From the human T2T-CHM13v2.0 reference genome, Homo sapiens: a stretch of 64,000 nucleotides of DNA. Made by a program: the position numbers and the translations under genes. Under the pieces are notes generated by a model that saw only the letters and a program-made list of their open reading frames with translations, searched no databases and was not told the origin of the DNA. The stretch lies in assembly GCF_009914755.1 (NCBI RefSeq), contig NC_060947.1; one strand, 5' to 3'. Position 1 is the stretch's first letter, and each line of letters opens with the position of its first letter. This document shows positions 29,590 to 43,200 of this stretch, in pieces.

Positions 29590-32436
29590 AATTTATTTTT
29601 TCTGATGTAAGTACAGCTTCCCATGTTCTCTTTTGGCTTCTATTTGCATGGGATATCTTTTTCCAGTTTTTCCCTTGTAGCCTATGTTTATCCTTGAAGC
29701 TAAAGTGAGTCACTTGTAGGCAGAACACAGTTGGGTCTTGCTTTTTAAAATATATTCAGCCACTCTATGTTTTAATTGGAGAATTTAGTCCACTTACATT
29801 TAAAGTAATTATTTACAGGTAAGGAGTTACTATCGCTTTTCATTAATTTTTTTCTTGCTGTTTTGTAGTTTTTTTTCCCTTTCTTCCTCTTACTGCCTTT
29901 CCTTGTCATTTGATTATTTCTTTGGTGGTATGATTTGATTTATTTCACCTTCTGGTTTGTGTAGTATCTACAGCTTTTTGCATTGTGATTACCATGCTGA
30001 TTACATAAAATATCATAGTTTTATTTTTTGCATTTAAAATAATATTTATTTAGCTCCTCCTAAGGCCACAGAGTCCCTTCTCTCTAGAAGCTTACATACT
30101 AGTGAGAAAGAAAGACAATAAACCAAATGAATAAGTATGAAATGAAACATTAGAGTGACATGAAAGGAAAGAATGATAGGGGATTGAGAGAGATTGGATG
30201 CAATTTTGGTTAAGTAGTCAGTGAAAGACTCTCTGAGGCATGGTAAAATCATACCTTGAACAGTCTATTTTAAGATGATAGCAACTTAACTTCAATCACA
30301 TACAATATATCTACACTTTTACACCCCTCTCAGACATTCTGGATTTTTGAGGTCAAAATTTACTTGTTTTTATATTTTGTCTCCATTAGCAAATTATTAT
30401 AGCTATAGCAATATTTAACATCTTTGTCTTTTAAATGTTATACTAGAATTAATGTATACACTATTACAGTACTAGAGTATTCTGCATATTACTGTAAGTT
30501 TTATGTTTTCATTGATGTTCATGTTACTAATTAGCATCTTTTAGTTTCATTCTGAAGAAATTCCTTTAGCATATCTTCTGATGGATATCAAGTGGTGATG
30601 AACTTTTTCAGTTTTCCTTTTTTTTTTCTTGGAAAATCTTTATCTCTTCTTCATTTCTGAAGCTTTACCAGGTAAAGTATTATTGGTTGGCAGGTGTTTC
30701 TTTTGGCACTCTGAATATATCATCTCAGTTTCTCCTGGTCTGTAAGGCTTCTGCTGAGAAATTGCTTGTAGTCTAATGGGGGAAAGACTTCTCTTATATT
30801 TGATGAGTCTCATTTATCTTTCTGCTTTCAAAATTCTGTGTCTTTGTTTTTGGCAATTTGATTATAATGTGTTTTGGTGAAGTGCTCATTAGACTGAACC
30901 TATCTGAGGACTTCTAAACATCATATACTTTCCAAGCCTCATATCCCTTCCAAGATTTGGGAATTGTTCAGCTATTCTTTTTTAAAAATGTGCTTTCTGC
31001 CCTTCTCATTCTCTTACTTTTCCTTCTCATGCTTTCATAATCCACATATTACTGTACTTGATGCTCTTTCATAAATCACATAAGCTTTTTTATATTCCTT
31101 CTCATTCTCTTTTCTTTCTTCTCCTCTAAATGTATAATTTCAAATGATTCATCTTTTAGTTCATAGATTCTTTTTTCTGCCTAACCAACTCTGATGTTCA
31201 AGTTCTGTTACATTTTTAATTTCACATTAATTTCACAATTGCATTTTTACCCCAGAATTTCTGATTTTTTTAAAAAAAAAATGATTTCTATGTTTCTGCT
31301 GAAGCTGTTGTTCCACTCATGCAGTGTTTTCCTGATTTCCTTGAGTTGCCTGTGTTTCACTGAAGTTCACCGAAATATTTTAAACAATTTTTTAAATTCT
31401 TTATTACAAAATTTGTAGATTAGATCTCCATTTCTTTGGGGTTAGTTGCTGGAAAATTACAGTGTTTCTTTTGTGATGTCATGTTTCTTTGGTTTTATCA
31501 TTTTTTGAAGTTTTTCAATGCTGACTTTGTCTTTGAAGAAATAATCACCTCTTCCAGGCTTTTGAGTGGCTTTGAGAAAGAAACATTCTCACCAAAGAGT
31601 TTAGGTAGGTATTCTGCATCACTCTCAGATCTTTTCTATGGATGCACCCCCTCCAAACCTCTTGTTTCCTTTTGGGGTAAAATTTTTAAGATTGTATTAC
31701 TTCTCTTGGTCTTACAAATCAGGACAAGGACCTACAGCATCTTGTTTTTTTCTCTAGGGAGATACCTTGAAATGCTCAGATGTGTATGCCTTCTCAGTCC
31801 TGTGCAGTTAAGACAGCTATCTTCATTAGATGTTTGAAATTACTGTTTGTGGGCATGCACTTAGAGAATCTAACCTATGGTAGGGAAAATTGAGGTTCAT
31901 GGAGTGCTTGAGATGCCAGATGGGAGGTGATCCACAGGATAGGTATCCTAATTAACTTGTGGGTGGGCTAGCTGATGGAGTTCAAGGAACAGTTAATAGG
32001 GTCTTTGGCCTTTTTTTCCTTCCCCCAGCCTCTCCCAACCACTCAGCCCTGCCAATCACCTTGATATTCTGGGTGGAGTGAAAAAGAATTAAGCTTGTTT
32101 GGCAACATCCTGTATGACTAGGGGATCTGGATGCTCACTCACCATGTTCTTGTTTTCCCTGTTAGGGAAGCTGTAGGCTGAGCAGGTCTCCATTGGTATT
32201 GAGCTAGGCTGTCTTGGAGGATGTGTTACATGGGTAATGTGAATTTGTTTTTCTTATCCTATTTGATGTGTCTACTGTTAGATTTTTTTTGCTCCAACAC
32301 TGTTGGAACTTCTCTCTTGGGCTCCCAGACTTGCATAAAGATACTCTAATCAGATGGTAGTTGTCAAAATTAATGTTTCTGCAGGGAGATGATAGTAGAT
32401 AACTCCTATTCTACACACTTGCTGATGCCACTCCTA
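29590..32436 (-). mobile_element. Old L1M 5' portion (5'UTR, ORF1, start of endonuclease), antisense
   Basis: Antisense EN ('tttgcatgggatatctttttcca') and ORF1 ('tgtaaggcttctgctgagaa'); 5' terminus 'tcctattct...cttgctgatgccactc'. Confidence 0.82.
30021..30258 (-). mobile_element. L2-like 3' fragment embedded in the L1
   Basis: 'aatatttatttagc...gtcccttctctctagaagcttacatactagtgag...gtagtcagtgaaagactctctgagg'. Confidence 0.65.
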
Positions 32437-32940
32437 GAATAGTTTTTACTCTTAACTAGTTTAGTCCTATTAGCAATAACAATTATTGGATTCCTACAAT
32501 TCCGCAGTGATTCCTGGGTGTTTAGGACTTTTTACTATGCTTGGTAGGAATTTTAGTGTCATCAGGCCTATATGAACTGTTAGAACTGCTTAACTCATGG
32601 TTTCCTGGTCATTCATTGTCAGCCTCATAGTTTCACCTAATGCATGCAGTGCTTATTATATAGAACAACACACTCCATTAGACCTCTAGGCAGAGTGCTA
32701 GCAGTCTTTCCCTTTGTAGGTTCTTTTTCCCAATCTACCTAAGAAGCCTGAATATTTATATCTGTGTCCACAACTTGCTGAGACCACTACACTTTACTTG
32801 TATTTCCCTTTACTCCACCACGGTCTAGAAAGTGCCTCTAGGCACAAAGTCATGACTCACATCACTTGTTCCCCTTCTATTGAAAACCACAATACTGTAC
32901 ATCCTGTTGTTCAATGTTGAAAAACAAATGTTTCTTTCTC
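32437..32940 (-). mobile_element. Very old L1ME-class 5' end fragment
   Basis: 'ctagaaagtgcctctaggca...ctcacatcacttgttccccttct...cctgttgttcaatgttgaaaaac' recalls an L1ME 5' end. Confidence 0.5.
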
Positions 32941-35133
32941 CTCCTCATTTCCACTGTTCAAGCCTTTGGAAAAAAAATCTCTTTAATAGTTTAATCACCT
33001 GATTGTCTTAGCAACAAGGTCAGATGGTCATGCTCATCAATTCCCAAACCTTTGCATCCAAAAAGTAATGTTGAGACAATAGTTCTGTGTACCTCAAAAA
33101 GTCATTTTTTCCCAAGTAAAACATTTTAAATGAAGGGGATCCATATGTTTCCTATTCTTGAACTATTGTCTTTTGCTATATGTTTGTAGCAGACTATGGT
33201 GAGTGTATTCATTTAGAAAAGCCAATGGAAAAGAGAGAGAGAGATACAGAGAGAGAGAGAGAGAACCACTATATGTTCCACTCATTTTAAATTAGAAAGT
33301 TTAACAGATAAGTAATTACAAGATTCAATTATATGGCTACTATAGCCCACACTGGAACTGTTTTCTGTGATTGGTAGAAAGTGAGGCAAAAGTAATGAAT
33401 AGCTTCTGCTACGAAAGTCCCATGGCTGGGCTCATTTTGGTCCACTGTTCAAAAGCATTAAAAGATCCATGGATGGCACACATGCAGGTAAAAAGGATAG
33501 AGTACATGCACCATGATAGAGAATATCTGAACAGCCACAGCTCAGAGGAGCTTCAACAAAACTCAAAGAAAAGCTATGTGGCATGCACAAAGTGGCTAAT
33601 AAATAGTCTAACTTGCCTTCTGCCAGACTGACATTGTGCTTTGGTTGATAATGAGACTTCCCAATGCCAAGGAGTTTTATAACAAGCTGTATTTGGTGGG
33701 TTGCCTTTGTACTAAATTATCTTATACCTATGGGATTTCAGAGAGTCCACAGATACACCAAGTCACTTCCTGCTAATATGACATAAATGAAAAGATACTA
33801 AAAATGGCATTAGATGCAGACTTACAATTGTTTTGAAAGAGAAGTTCACTGTTTACAATGTAGATGTAGTCTAGGAAAATTGGATGACAACTACCTACCC
33901 CATACATCCCTTCTTCTCATCCTTTTTTCCTTTTCTCTCCTTTTAATTCTTCTCTCTTAACTCTACCCCTAGCTCATGTAAAGGCAATCAGAAGAGAATT
34001 GTAAAATGTTTAGCTTTGGAATTACCGAACTTCCATCAAATTGATGGATGAGAGGCCCAGAAAACAGAATCATGGATGCTTTCTATTGGAAAGGTGAAGC
34101 CCATGCTCACCATCTACCTTAATTTGCCAGATAAAGTGAGGGCCAAAAACAATAGAAATATTACTATCTTTCAAATTCACTGCTACTGGCTTCTTGCTAA
34201 GTTGCACATTATGATGCTTCAAAAACTAACAAATAAACAAAACACAAAAACAGAAAGAACAAACACTTGAACGACAAAGTATACAGAAAGATAAAATAAA
34301 CTAATCCAAATTTCAAGCAAATTAACCCCTTGAAAGAATGGAACTAGTAAAATGGTCAAAAAGTAACTTTAGCAGTGATATCAGCAAGTTGACCTACTAG
34401 AGGTGCCTAGTGCTCCTCACCCCCAACCCCCACAAAAAGGAAAATGAAACTAAATAAATTACTAAAACTGGACAATAATGTCTGAACAAGAGTACTGGCC
34501 TATGGAAAGGGACTGGTGAAATCCCTGTGGAGCATGAATACTCAGAATGACAGCATAGAGAGAGGAGTAAAGTACCTGCCTCTGCTCCCTTCTCATCCAC
34601 CAGGATTAATTCAGAGCCAGGAAGAACTTTACTTGCAAAGAAAAGATAAGGAGGCCTCCAACAGTCCCCATCACAACTACAGACAACTGCAGTCCTTGCT
34701 ACAGAGAATCACGCAGTCCTCACAGGCCCTGAGCCTTGTTTAGGGAGCTGCCTGTTACTCACACAGCTGCTTTACTGCAAAATAGGAGGTCACATTGTGC
34801 ATCCCCCATTTCCCATGACCCAAGGTACTATAGGAAAGTGCCATCTTGAAACTGCAGCCACTGCTAGAGTGTGCTCTGCTCAGGGGATCAGTAGTCACTG
34901 CTTCTCTCCATAACTAAGCCACGGCCATAATTGGGATCAAATGGTGACTAAAGCACAAAGATCCTGGGTATTCAAAGTAAGGACCCAGCAGAATGACTAT
35001 GACTCTGATGCCCAAGTTCATACAGTGCCCTGTTTTCCAAGAAACAGGTATTTCTTCACAGTGAGAAAGCCAAGCTTGTGTTGGTCCAGGCAAAATGTGT
35101 ACATGCCACCAGCCTGAGAAACAACCTGATACC

Positions 35134-35485
35134 TGTATTAGTCTGTTCTCACGCTGACGTGAAGAAATACCATACACTGGGAAATTTATAAAGAAAAGAG
35201 ATTTAATTGACTCAGTTCTGTGTGGCTGGGGAGGCCTCAGGAAACTTGCAATCATGGTGGAAGCCATCTCTTCACAGGGCAGCAGGAGAGAGACTGAATG
35301 CCAAGAAAAGGGGAAAGCCCCTTATAAAACCATCAAATCTCATGAGAACTTACTCACTGCAATGGCAACAGCATGGGGGAACTGCACCCATGATTCAATT
35401 ATCTCCACCTGGTCCTGCCCTTGACATGTGGGAATTTTAACAATTCAAGGTGATATTTGGGTGAGGACACAGCCCAACCATATCA
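35134..35485 (-). mobile_element. THE1 solo LTR
   Basis: 'tgtattagtctgttctcacgctg...ggacacagcccaaccatatca'; TSD atacc/gtacc. Confidence 0.93.
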
Positions 35486-36862
35486 GTACCCTAATCTTGG
35501 CAAAGCTGTGTTGTCACTGCCACCAACTCCTTCAGCCTAGGCCACTGAAGCATTTGCAAATATTGCTGACCTATATTAGAGCTGAGGAAACTGCATGGGT
35601 ACTACACTACTGCATCCTCTCAAAACCAAAGCCAATACACACTATAAAACCTACACCCTAGGATCTGTCTACAGGAAAAATTCTCCCAACTAAAGCTACT
35701 CTACAAAATTGAAAGAGGCAACTCTTCCACCAGATGTGCAAATATCAATGTAGAAACACAAGAAATATGAAAAAGCAGGGAAACATGACCCCCCCAAAGG
35801 AACACAATAATTCTCCAATTAATGTGACCCCAAAAAAGGAAATTTACAGGATGCCTGAAAAGAAATAGAAGATAATAATATTAAAGAAACTCAGCAAGAT
35901 ACAAGAGAATATAGATACACAGCTGAGAAATCAGGAAAGCAATTCATGATCTGAAAGAGAAATTTAACAAAGAGATAAACCAAACATAAATCATGTAACT
36001 GAGGAATTCAATAAATAGAATACAAAATAAAACTAAGAGCTTCAAAACAGAGTAGATCAATCAGGATAAAGAATTTCTAAATTTGAAGACTGGTCTCTTT
36101 AAATAACCTATGCAGAGGGGAAAAAAAGTGTAATAATAGAAAAGAGTAAAGAAAGCCTACAGAACTTATGGAACTCCATTAAGTAAACAAATATTCACAT
36201 TATGAAAATGTCAGAGGGAGAAGAAATTAAGAAAAAAAAACAGAAAATGTATCTAACAAAATAATAGGTAAGAAAATTCCCAAGTATTGGCAGAAATATA
36301 AACATCCAGATCTAGGAAGCTCAAAAGTCACCAAATAGATTCAACCTACAAAAGTCCTCTCTGAGGACATTATTATTAAACTGTAAAAACTGTAAAAAGT
36401 CAAAGACAAAGAAAATCCTAAAAACAGCAAGAAAAAAGCACAAAGTCAGATATAAGGAAAGACTCATTAGAATATCAGCATATTTCTCAGCAGAAACTTT
36501 GCAGGCCAGGAGAGAATGGGATGATATATCCAAAGCACTGAAGAATAAAACAAAAAACTACCAGTGAGAATACTATACCCAGCAAAGCTATCCTTCAGAT
36601 GTGAAGGAGAAATAAAGTTCTTACAGAGAATCAAAATGGGCAATTCACCAACACTACAAAAAAATGCTTAAGGAAGTACTACAACTGGAAGCTAAAGGAT
36701 AAGAATTAATATTGTGAAAACATGGGAAGATATAAAACTCACTAGCAGAAGTAATTTCATAATCAAACTCAAAATACTCCAGTACTGTGATGGTGCCATG
36801 TGAATATTCCAAACATGTAGTATGAAGGTTAAAAGCAAAAATGGTAAAAAACAACAACACTC

Positions 36863-37006
36863 ACAATTAGTTGTTAAGGAACACACAACATATGAAGATG
36901 TGAATTAAGGCAACAAAAATATAAATTGTGTGTTACAATTAGTTGATAAGGAACACAAAATATATAAGAATGCAAATTAAGGAAACAAAAATATAAATTA
37001 TGTGTT
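36863..37006. repeat. 72-bp tandem duplication (2 diverged copies)
   Basis: 'acaattagttg.taaggaacac...aatataaatt.tgtgtt' at 36863-36934 and 36935-37006. Confidence 0.9.
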
Positions 37007-37114
37007 GTGGAGAAGGGTAAAATCTAGTGCATTTTTACGTGACCAAAGTTACATTGTTATCAGCTTAACATAGTCCATTATAACTATAGAATCTTTGTAT
37101 TTTTCTCATGGTAA

Positions 37115-37150
<36 letters not shown>

Positions 37151-39490
37151 ACAAACTTGTGGTGAATACATAAAAGATTAAGGGAAAGGAATGAAAGCAT
37201 AACATCACAAAAAGTTATCAAATCACAGAGGAAGACTGCAGAGAGGAAGAAAGAAACAAAGGATTTACAAAACAACCAGAGAACAACAAACAAAATGGCA
37301 GGCCTAATTCCTTACCTATCAGTAATAATCCTGAACGTAAATGAATTAAATTCCCCAATTAAAAGATATAGAGGGATGGAATGGATGAAAAACAAGACCT
37401 AATTATATGCTGCCTACCAGATACTCACTTCACCTGTAAGAACAGACAGACTTAAAATAAAAGAATGGAAAAAGATATACCATGCAAACAAAAACTAAAA
37501 GGAAGCAGGAGTAGCTATACTTATATCAGATGAAATAGACTTTAAGTCAAAAACTTTCAGAAAAGACAAAGAAGGTAATTATATAATGATAAAGAGAAAT
37601 ATTCTTCAAAAGGATATAACAATGGTAAATGTATACACACCCAACACTGGAGCACCAAAATATATAAAGCAAATATTATTATATCCAAATGGAGAGATAG
37701 ACTGCAATATAATAATTGTAGGAGACTTCAACTCCTGACTTGCAGCAATGATTACATCATCCAGACAGAAAATCCACCACAAAAAAATGGATTTACATTG
37801 CACTCTAGACCAAATAGACATAATAAACATTTACCAAATTGTCCATCTAACAGTTGAAGAATATACATTCTTCTTAACTGCACATGGAACATTCTCCAGG
37901 ACAGACCATATGTTAGGTTCAAAACAAGTTTCAACAAGTTTAAGAAGATAGAGATCATGTTAAGTATTTTTTCTGACCATAGCAGTATAAAAATAGAAAT
38001 TAATAAAAATAATTTCAAAAATTTTACAAATACATGGAAAGTAAACAACATGGTCCTGAATAACCAATGGTTAATGATGAAATTTTTAAAATGTTTGAGA
38101 CAACAGAATATGAAAACACAGCATACCAAAGCCTATGAGATACAGCAAAAGCAGTCTACATATGAAGTTTATAGCAGTAAACACCTACATCAAAAACATA
38201 GAAAGATCTCAAGTAAACAATCTAACACTGCACTTCAAGGAACCACAAAAACAAGAAAAAATTACACACAAAATTAGTAGAATGAAAAATTTTAAAATGC
38301 AAAGCATAGAGACTACATAAACAATATAAAAGATCATGAAAAGGAAGACTGTTTTTTAAAAAAATTGGCAAATTTCTAGCTAGACAAAAAACAAAAGATA
38401 GATGACTCAAAATCAGAGATGAAAAGGGGACATTACAACTGAAACACAAAATAAAAATGGACCATGAGAGATTATTATCAACAATTATACACGAAAACAT
38501 TGGATAACCTAAAAGAAACAAATAAATTCCTGGACTAGTACAACCTATCACAGTTGACTTATGAAGGAACAGAAAGTTGGAACAGACAAATAATAGGTGT
38601 AAACACGAGTAAGTGAGATAGTCTCCTATCAAATAAAATCCCAGGACCAGATGACTTCACTGCTAAATTCAACCAAACACATAAAGAAAATCTAACACCA
38701 ACTCTTCTCAAACTATTCCAGAAAATTGTAAAACGGGACACTTTTAAACATTCTATGAAGCTAGCATTACCATGATACCAAAACCAGAAAAGGATACAAC
38801 AAAAACAAAAACAAAAACTAAAGACCAATATTCCTGATTAATATAGATGCAAAAAAATCTCTACAAAATATTAACAGACAGAATTCAACAGCACAATAAA
38901 AATATTATTCACTATGATCAAGTGTGATTCATCTCAGGGATAAAAGGATGATTTAACATAAAAAATAAATAAATGTGATACATCACATTAAGAAAAATAA
39001 GGACAAAATCGGTATGATTATTTTCATTGATACAGAAAAAGCATTTGACAAAATTTCACACCCCTTCATGACATAAACAATCAAAAAAATAAATAGCAGG
39101 TACACACCCGAACACAATAAAGGCTATATCTGACAAACTGACAACTTAAAGGAAAAAGTGGAACATTTTTTTCTCTAACATCTGGAAGAATACAAAAATG
39201 CTTATTTTCACCCATTCTATTCAACATAGTAATATTGGAAGTCCTAGCTAAAGCAATTAGGCAAGAGAAAGAAATAAAAGGCATCCAAATGAAAAAGGAG
39301 GCACTCAAATTGTCCCTTTTTGGAGAAAACATGATCTTATATGTATAAAACCATAAAGACCACACTAAAAAACTGTCAGAACTAATAAATTTAGTAAAGT
39401 TGCAGGATATAAATTCAATATGCAAAATTCACTGGAGTTTATAAACACTACCAGTGAACAATCCAAAAGAAAAATTAAGAAAACTATCCA

Positions 39491-39790
<300 letters not shown>

Positions 39791-39915
39791 CTATCCCATT
39801 CACAATAGCAACAAATATAATAAAATGTTGAGGAATAAATTTAACCAAAGAGGTGACAGTCTTGTACTCTTAAAATATACACAATTTTTAATTGTCAAAT
39901 ACTCCTCAATATAAA

Positions 39916-40230
39916 TAAAGATGTCAATTCTCCGCAAATTACAGTTAATATGACCCAAATTATAACCATAGCAGTGTTTTCTGTGGAAATTGACAAGCTG
40001 TTTCTAAAATTTGTGTGAGCTTAAAAACAACATAGAATAGTCAAAACAAGTGTAGAATAGAAGAACAAAATTGAAGGATTATGCTGATGATTTCAAAACT
40101 TATCATAAGCTATTATAACTATGAAAGTATGGTATTGCCATAAAGGTTGACAAATGGATCAATGGAATAGAATAGAAAGTACAGAAATAGGCCCTGATGT
40201 ATGGTCAATTGATTATAGGTGACAAAGTAA
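39916..40230 (+). mobile_element. L1ME-class ORF2 fragment (continues at 46200)
   Basis: 'aagatgtcaattctcc...gaaattgacaagctg..ctaaaattt...atggtcaattgatt'. Confidence 0.72.
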
Positions 40231-43200
40231 TTTTTAACATTACAACATTAATATTTTACATTTGCATGGGATACATGTAATATTTTGTTACATGCACAGA
40301 ATGTATAATGATCGAGACAGGGTAGTTGGCATATCCATCACATTGAGAATTTACCAATTCTATGTTTTGGAAACATGTTAAGTCCTCTCTTACAACTACC
40401 ATAAAATATATAATATATTGTTTCTAACTATAATAACCCTACTTGCTATTGAATATTAGAATTGATTTCTTCTATCTAACTGCATGTTTGTACCCATTAA
40501 CCAACCGCTCTTCATTCCCCCTTCCCACCCTCACAGCTTTCCCATCTTCTGGTATCTATATTTCTACCCTCAATTTTCTTAGCTCTTACATATAAGTGAC
40601 AATATGTGGTATTTTTCATTCTGCATCTGCCTCATTTCACTTAACATAATGACCTCTAATTCCATCTATGTTACTGCAAATGACAGGATTTCATTCTTTT
40701 TATGACCTATTAGTATTCTATTGTGTATATATACCACATATCTTGTACCCATTTGTCCACTGATGGACATTTAGGTTGATTCCACATCTTTGGTATTATG
40801 AATAGTGCTGTGATAAATATGTGAGTGCAGTTATACCCTTGATACACTGATTTCCTTTTCTTTGGATATGTGCCCCATAGTGGAATTACTAGATCATGCA
40901 GCAGTTAAATTTTTAGTTTATTGAAAATCTCTATACTATTTTCCATAGTGGTTGTATTATACTAATTTACATTCCCACCAACAGTGTATAAAAGTTCCCT
41001 TTTCTCCACATCCTCTCCAATGTCTTTTATTTTTGTCTTTTTAATAACAACCATTCTACTTGTGGTAAGATAACATCTCACTGTGGTTTTGATTTGCAGT
41101 TCCCTGATGATTTGTGATGTTGAGCATTGTTTTTCATATGCCTCTTAGCCATTTGTATGTCTTCTTTTGAAAACTTTATGTTTTTGATGCTTTTGTTGAA
41201 AATCAGTTGGATGTAAATACATGCATTTAATTCTGGATTCTGTTCCTTTGGTCTATGTGTCTATTTTTATATGAATACAATGATGTTTTGGTTATTATAG
41301 CCTTGTAATATATTTTGAAGGTAATAAGATGCCTCCAGCTTTTCTTTTCTTTTCTTTTTTCTCAGAATTGCGTTAGGTATTCTGGCTCTTTTTTTGGTTC
41401 CACACAAATATTAGGAATTTTTTTCCATTTCTATGAAAAAATGACATTGATATTTTGAAAGGGATTGCATTGAATCTGTAGATGGCTTTGAGTATTATGG
41501 TCATTTTAATGAAGTTAATTCTTCTGATCACATGAGCATGGGATATCTTTCTATTTGTGTCCTCTTCAATTTCCTTCCTCAGAGACTTGCAGTTTTCCTT
41601 GTAGTGGTCTTTCACCTCCATGGTTAAATTTATTCCTAGGTATTTTATTTTTCTGTAGCTATTGTAAGTAAGATTGCCTTCTTGATTTCTTTCTCAGCTA
41701 GTTTTTTATTGGTATATAGAAACATTACTGATTTTTGTATGCTGATTTTATATCTTGAACCTTACTAGATTTATTTATTAGATCTAAGAATATTTTGATG
41801 GAGTCTTTAGGTTTTCCTAGATATAACATTATATCTTCTGCAAAGAAAGAAGATTTGAATTATTCTTTTCTGTTGGGATGCCTTTTATTTCTTTCTCTTG
41901 CCAGAATACACTCGCTAGGACTTCCAGTACTCTATTGGATACAAGGGGTGAAAGTAGGGATGCTTGTCTTGTTCCATTTCTTAGAGAAAAGGCTTTTAGC
42001 ATTTCTTCATTCAATATGATGTTAGCTGTGGGTTTTTCATGGCATTTGTTATGTTGAAAGATATTCCTTCTATGCTTAGTTTATTGAGCGTTTATATCAT
42101 GAAGGAATGTTGAATTTTTTCAAATGCTTTTTCTGCATATTGTGAGATGATTATATGTCTTTTGTCCTTTTTTCCGTTGATATTTTGTTGAGAATTTTTG
42201 TGTCTGTGTATATCAGGGATATTGGCCTGTGGTTTTCTTTTCTGTTGTGTCCTTCTCTGGTTTTAGTATCAAGGTAATTCTAGCCACATAAAATGAGTCA
42301 GCAAAAATTCTTCCTCTTTAGTGTTTTGGAATAGTTTGAGAAGAATTGGTGTTAGTTCTTCTTTGAAAGATCTGTTCAGTTTGACAGTAAAGCCAACTGG
42401 TCCTGGACTTTTCTTTGTTGGGAGACATTTTATTACTGATTCAATCTCATTACTCATTATTGTTCTGCTCATGTTGTCTATTTCTTCCTGATTCAATCCT
42501 GGAAGATTGTATGTGTCCAGGAATGTATCCATTTTCCCTAGGCTTTTCAGGTTATTAGTATATAATTGTTCATAATAATCTCTGATGATCTTCTATATTT
42601 CTGTGGTCATAGTTACAATGTCTCCTTTTTCATTTCTGATTTTGTTTATCTGAGTCTTCTTTCTATTATTGATTAGTCTAGCAAGTGGCTTATCAATTTT
42701 ATCTTTTCAAAAAGCCAACTTTTTGGTTTGTTCATTTTTAATGTTGTTTTTATAGTCTCTATTTCTACTCTGATCTTTATTATTATTACTTTTTATTAAT
42801 TTGGGGTTTGCTTTGTTCTTGCTTTTCTAGTTCCTTGAGATCCTTTCTAGTTCCCTGAGTTTTAGATTGCTTATTTGAAATCTATTTTTTTGATTTAGGT
42901 ATGTATTACTGTAAGCTTGCCTTTTAGCACCACTTTTGCTGTATCCCATAGGCTTGATATGTTGTGTTTTCATTTTCATTCATTTCAGGAAACTTTTTTA
43001 ATTCTCTCTTTTATTTCTTCCTTGAAACTATGGTCATTCAGGAACATGTTTAACTTTCATGTATTTTACAGTTTCCAAAGTTCCTCTTATTAATGATTTC
43101 TAGTTTTATTCCATTTTGATCTCAGAAGATACTCGATATGATTTTGAGTTTTAAAAATTTGTTGAGACTTGTTTTGTGTCCTAAAATATGGTTTATACTG

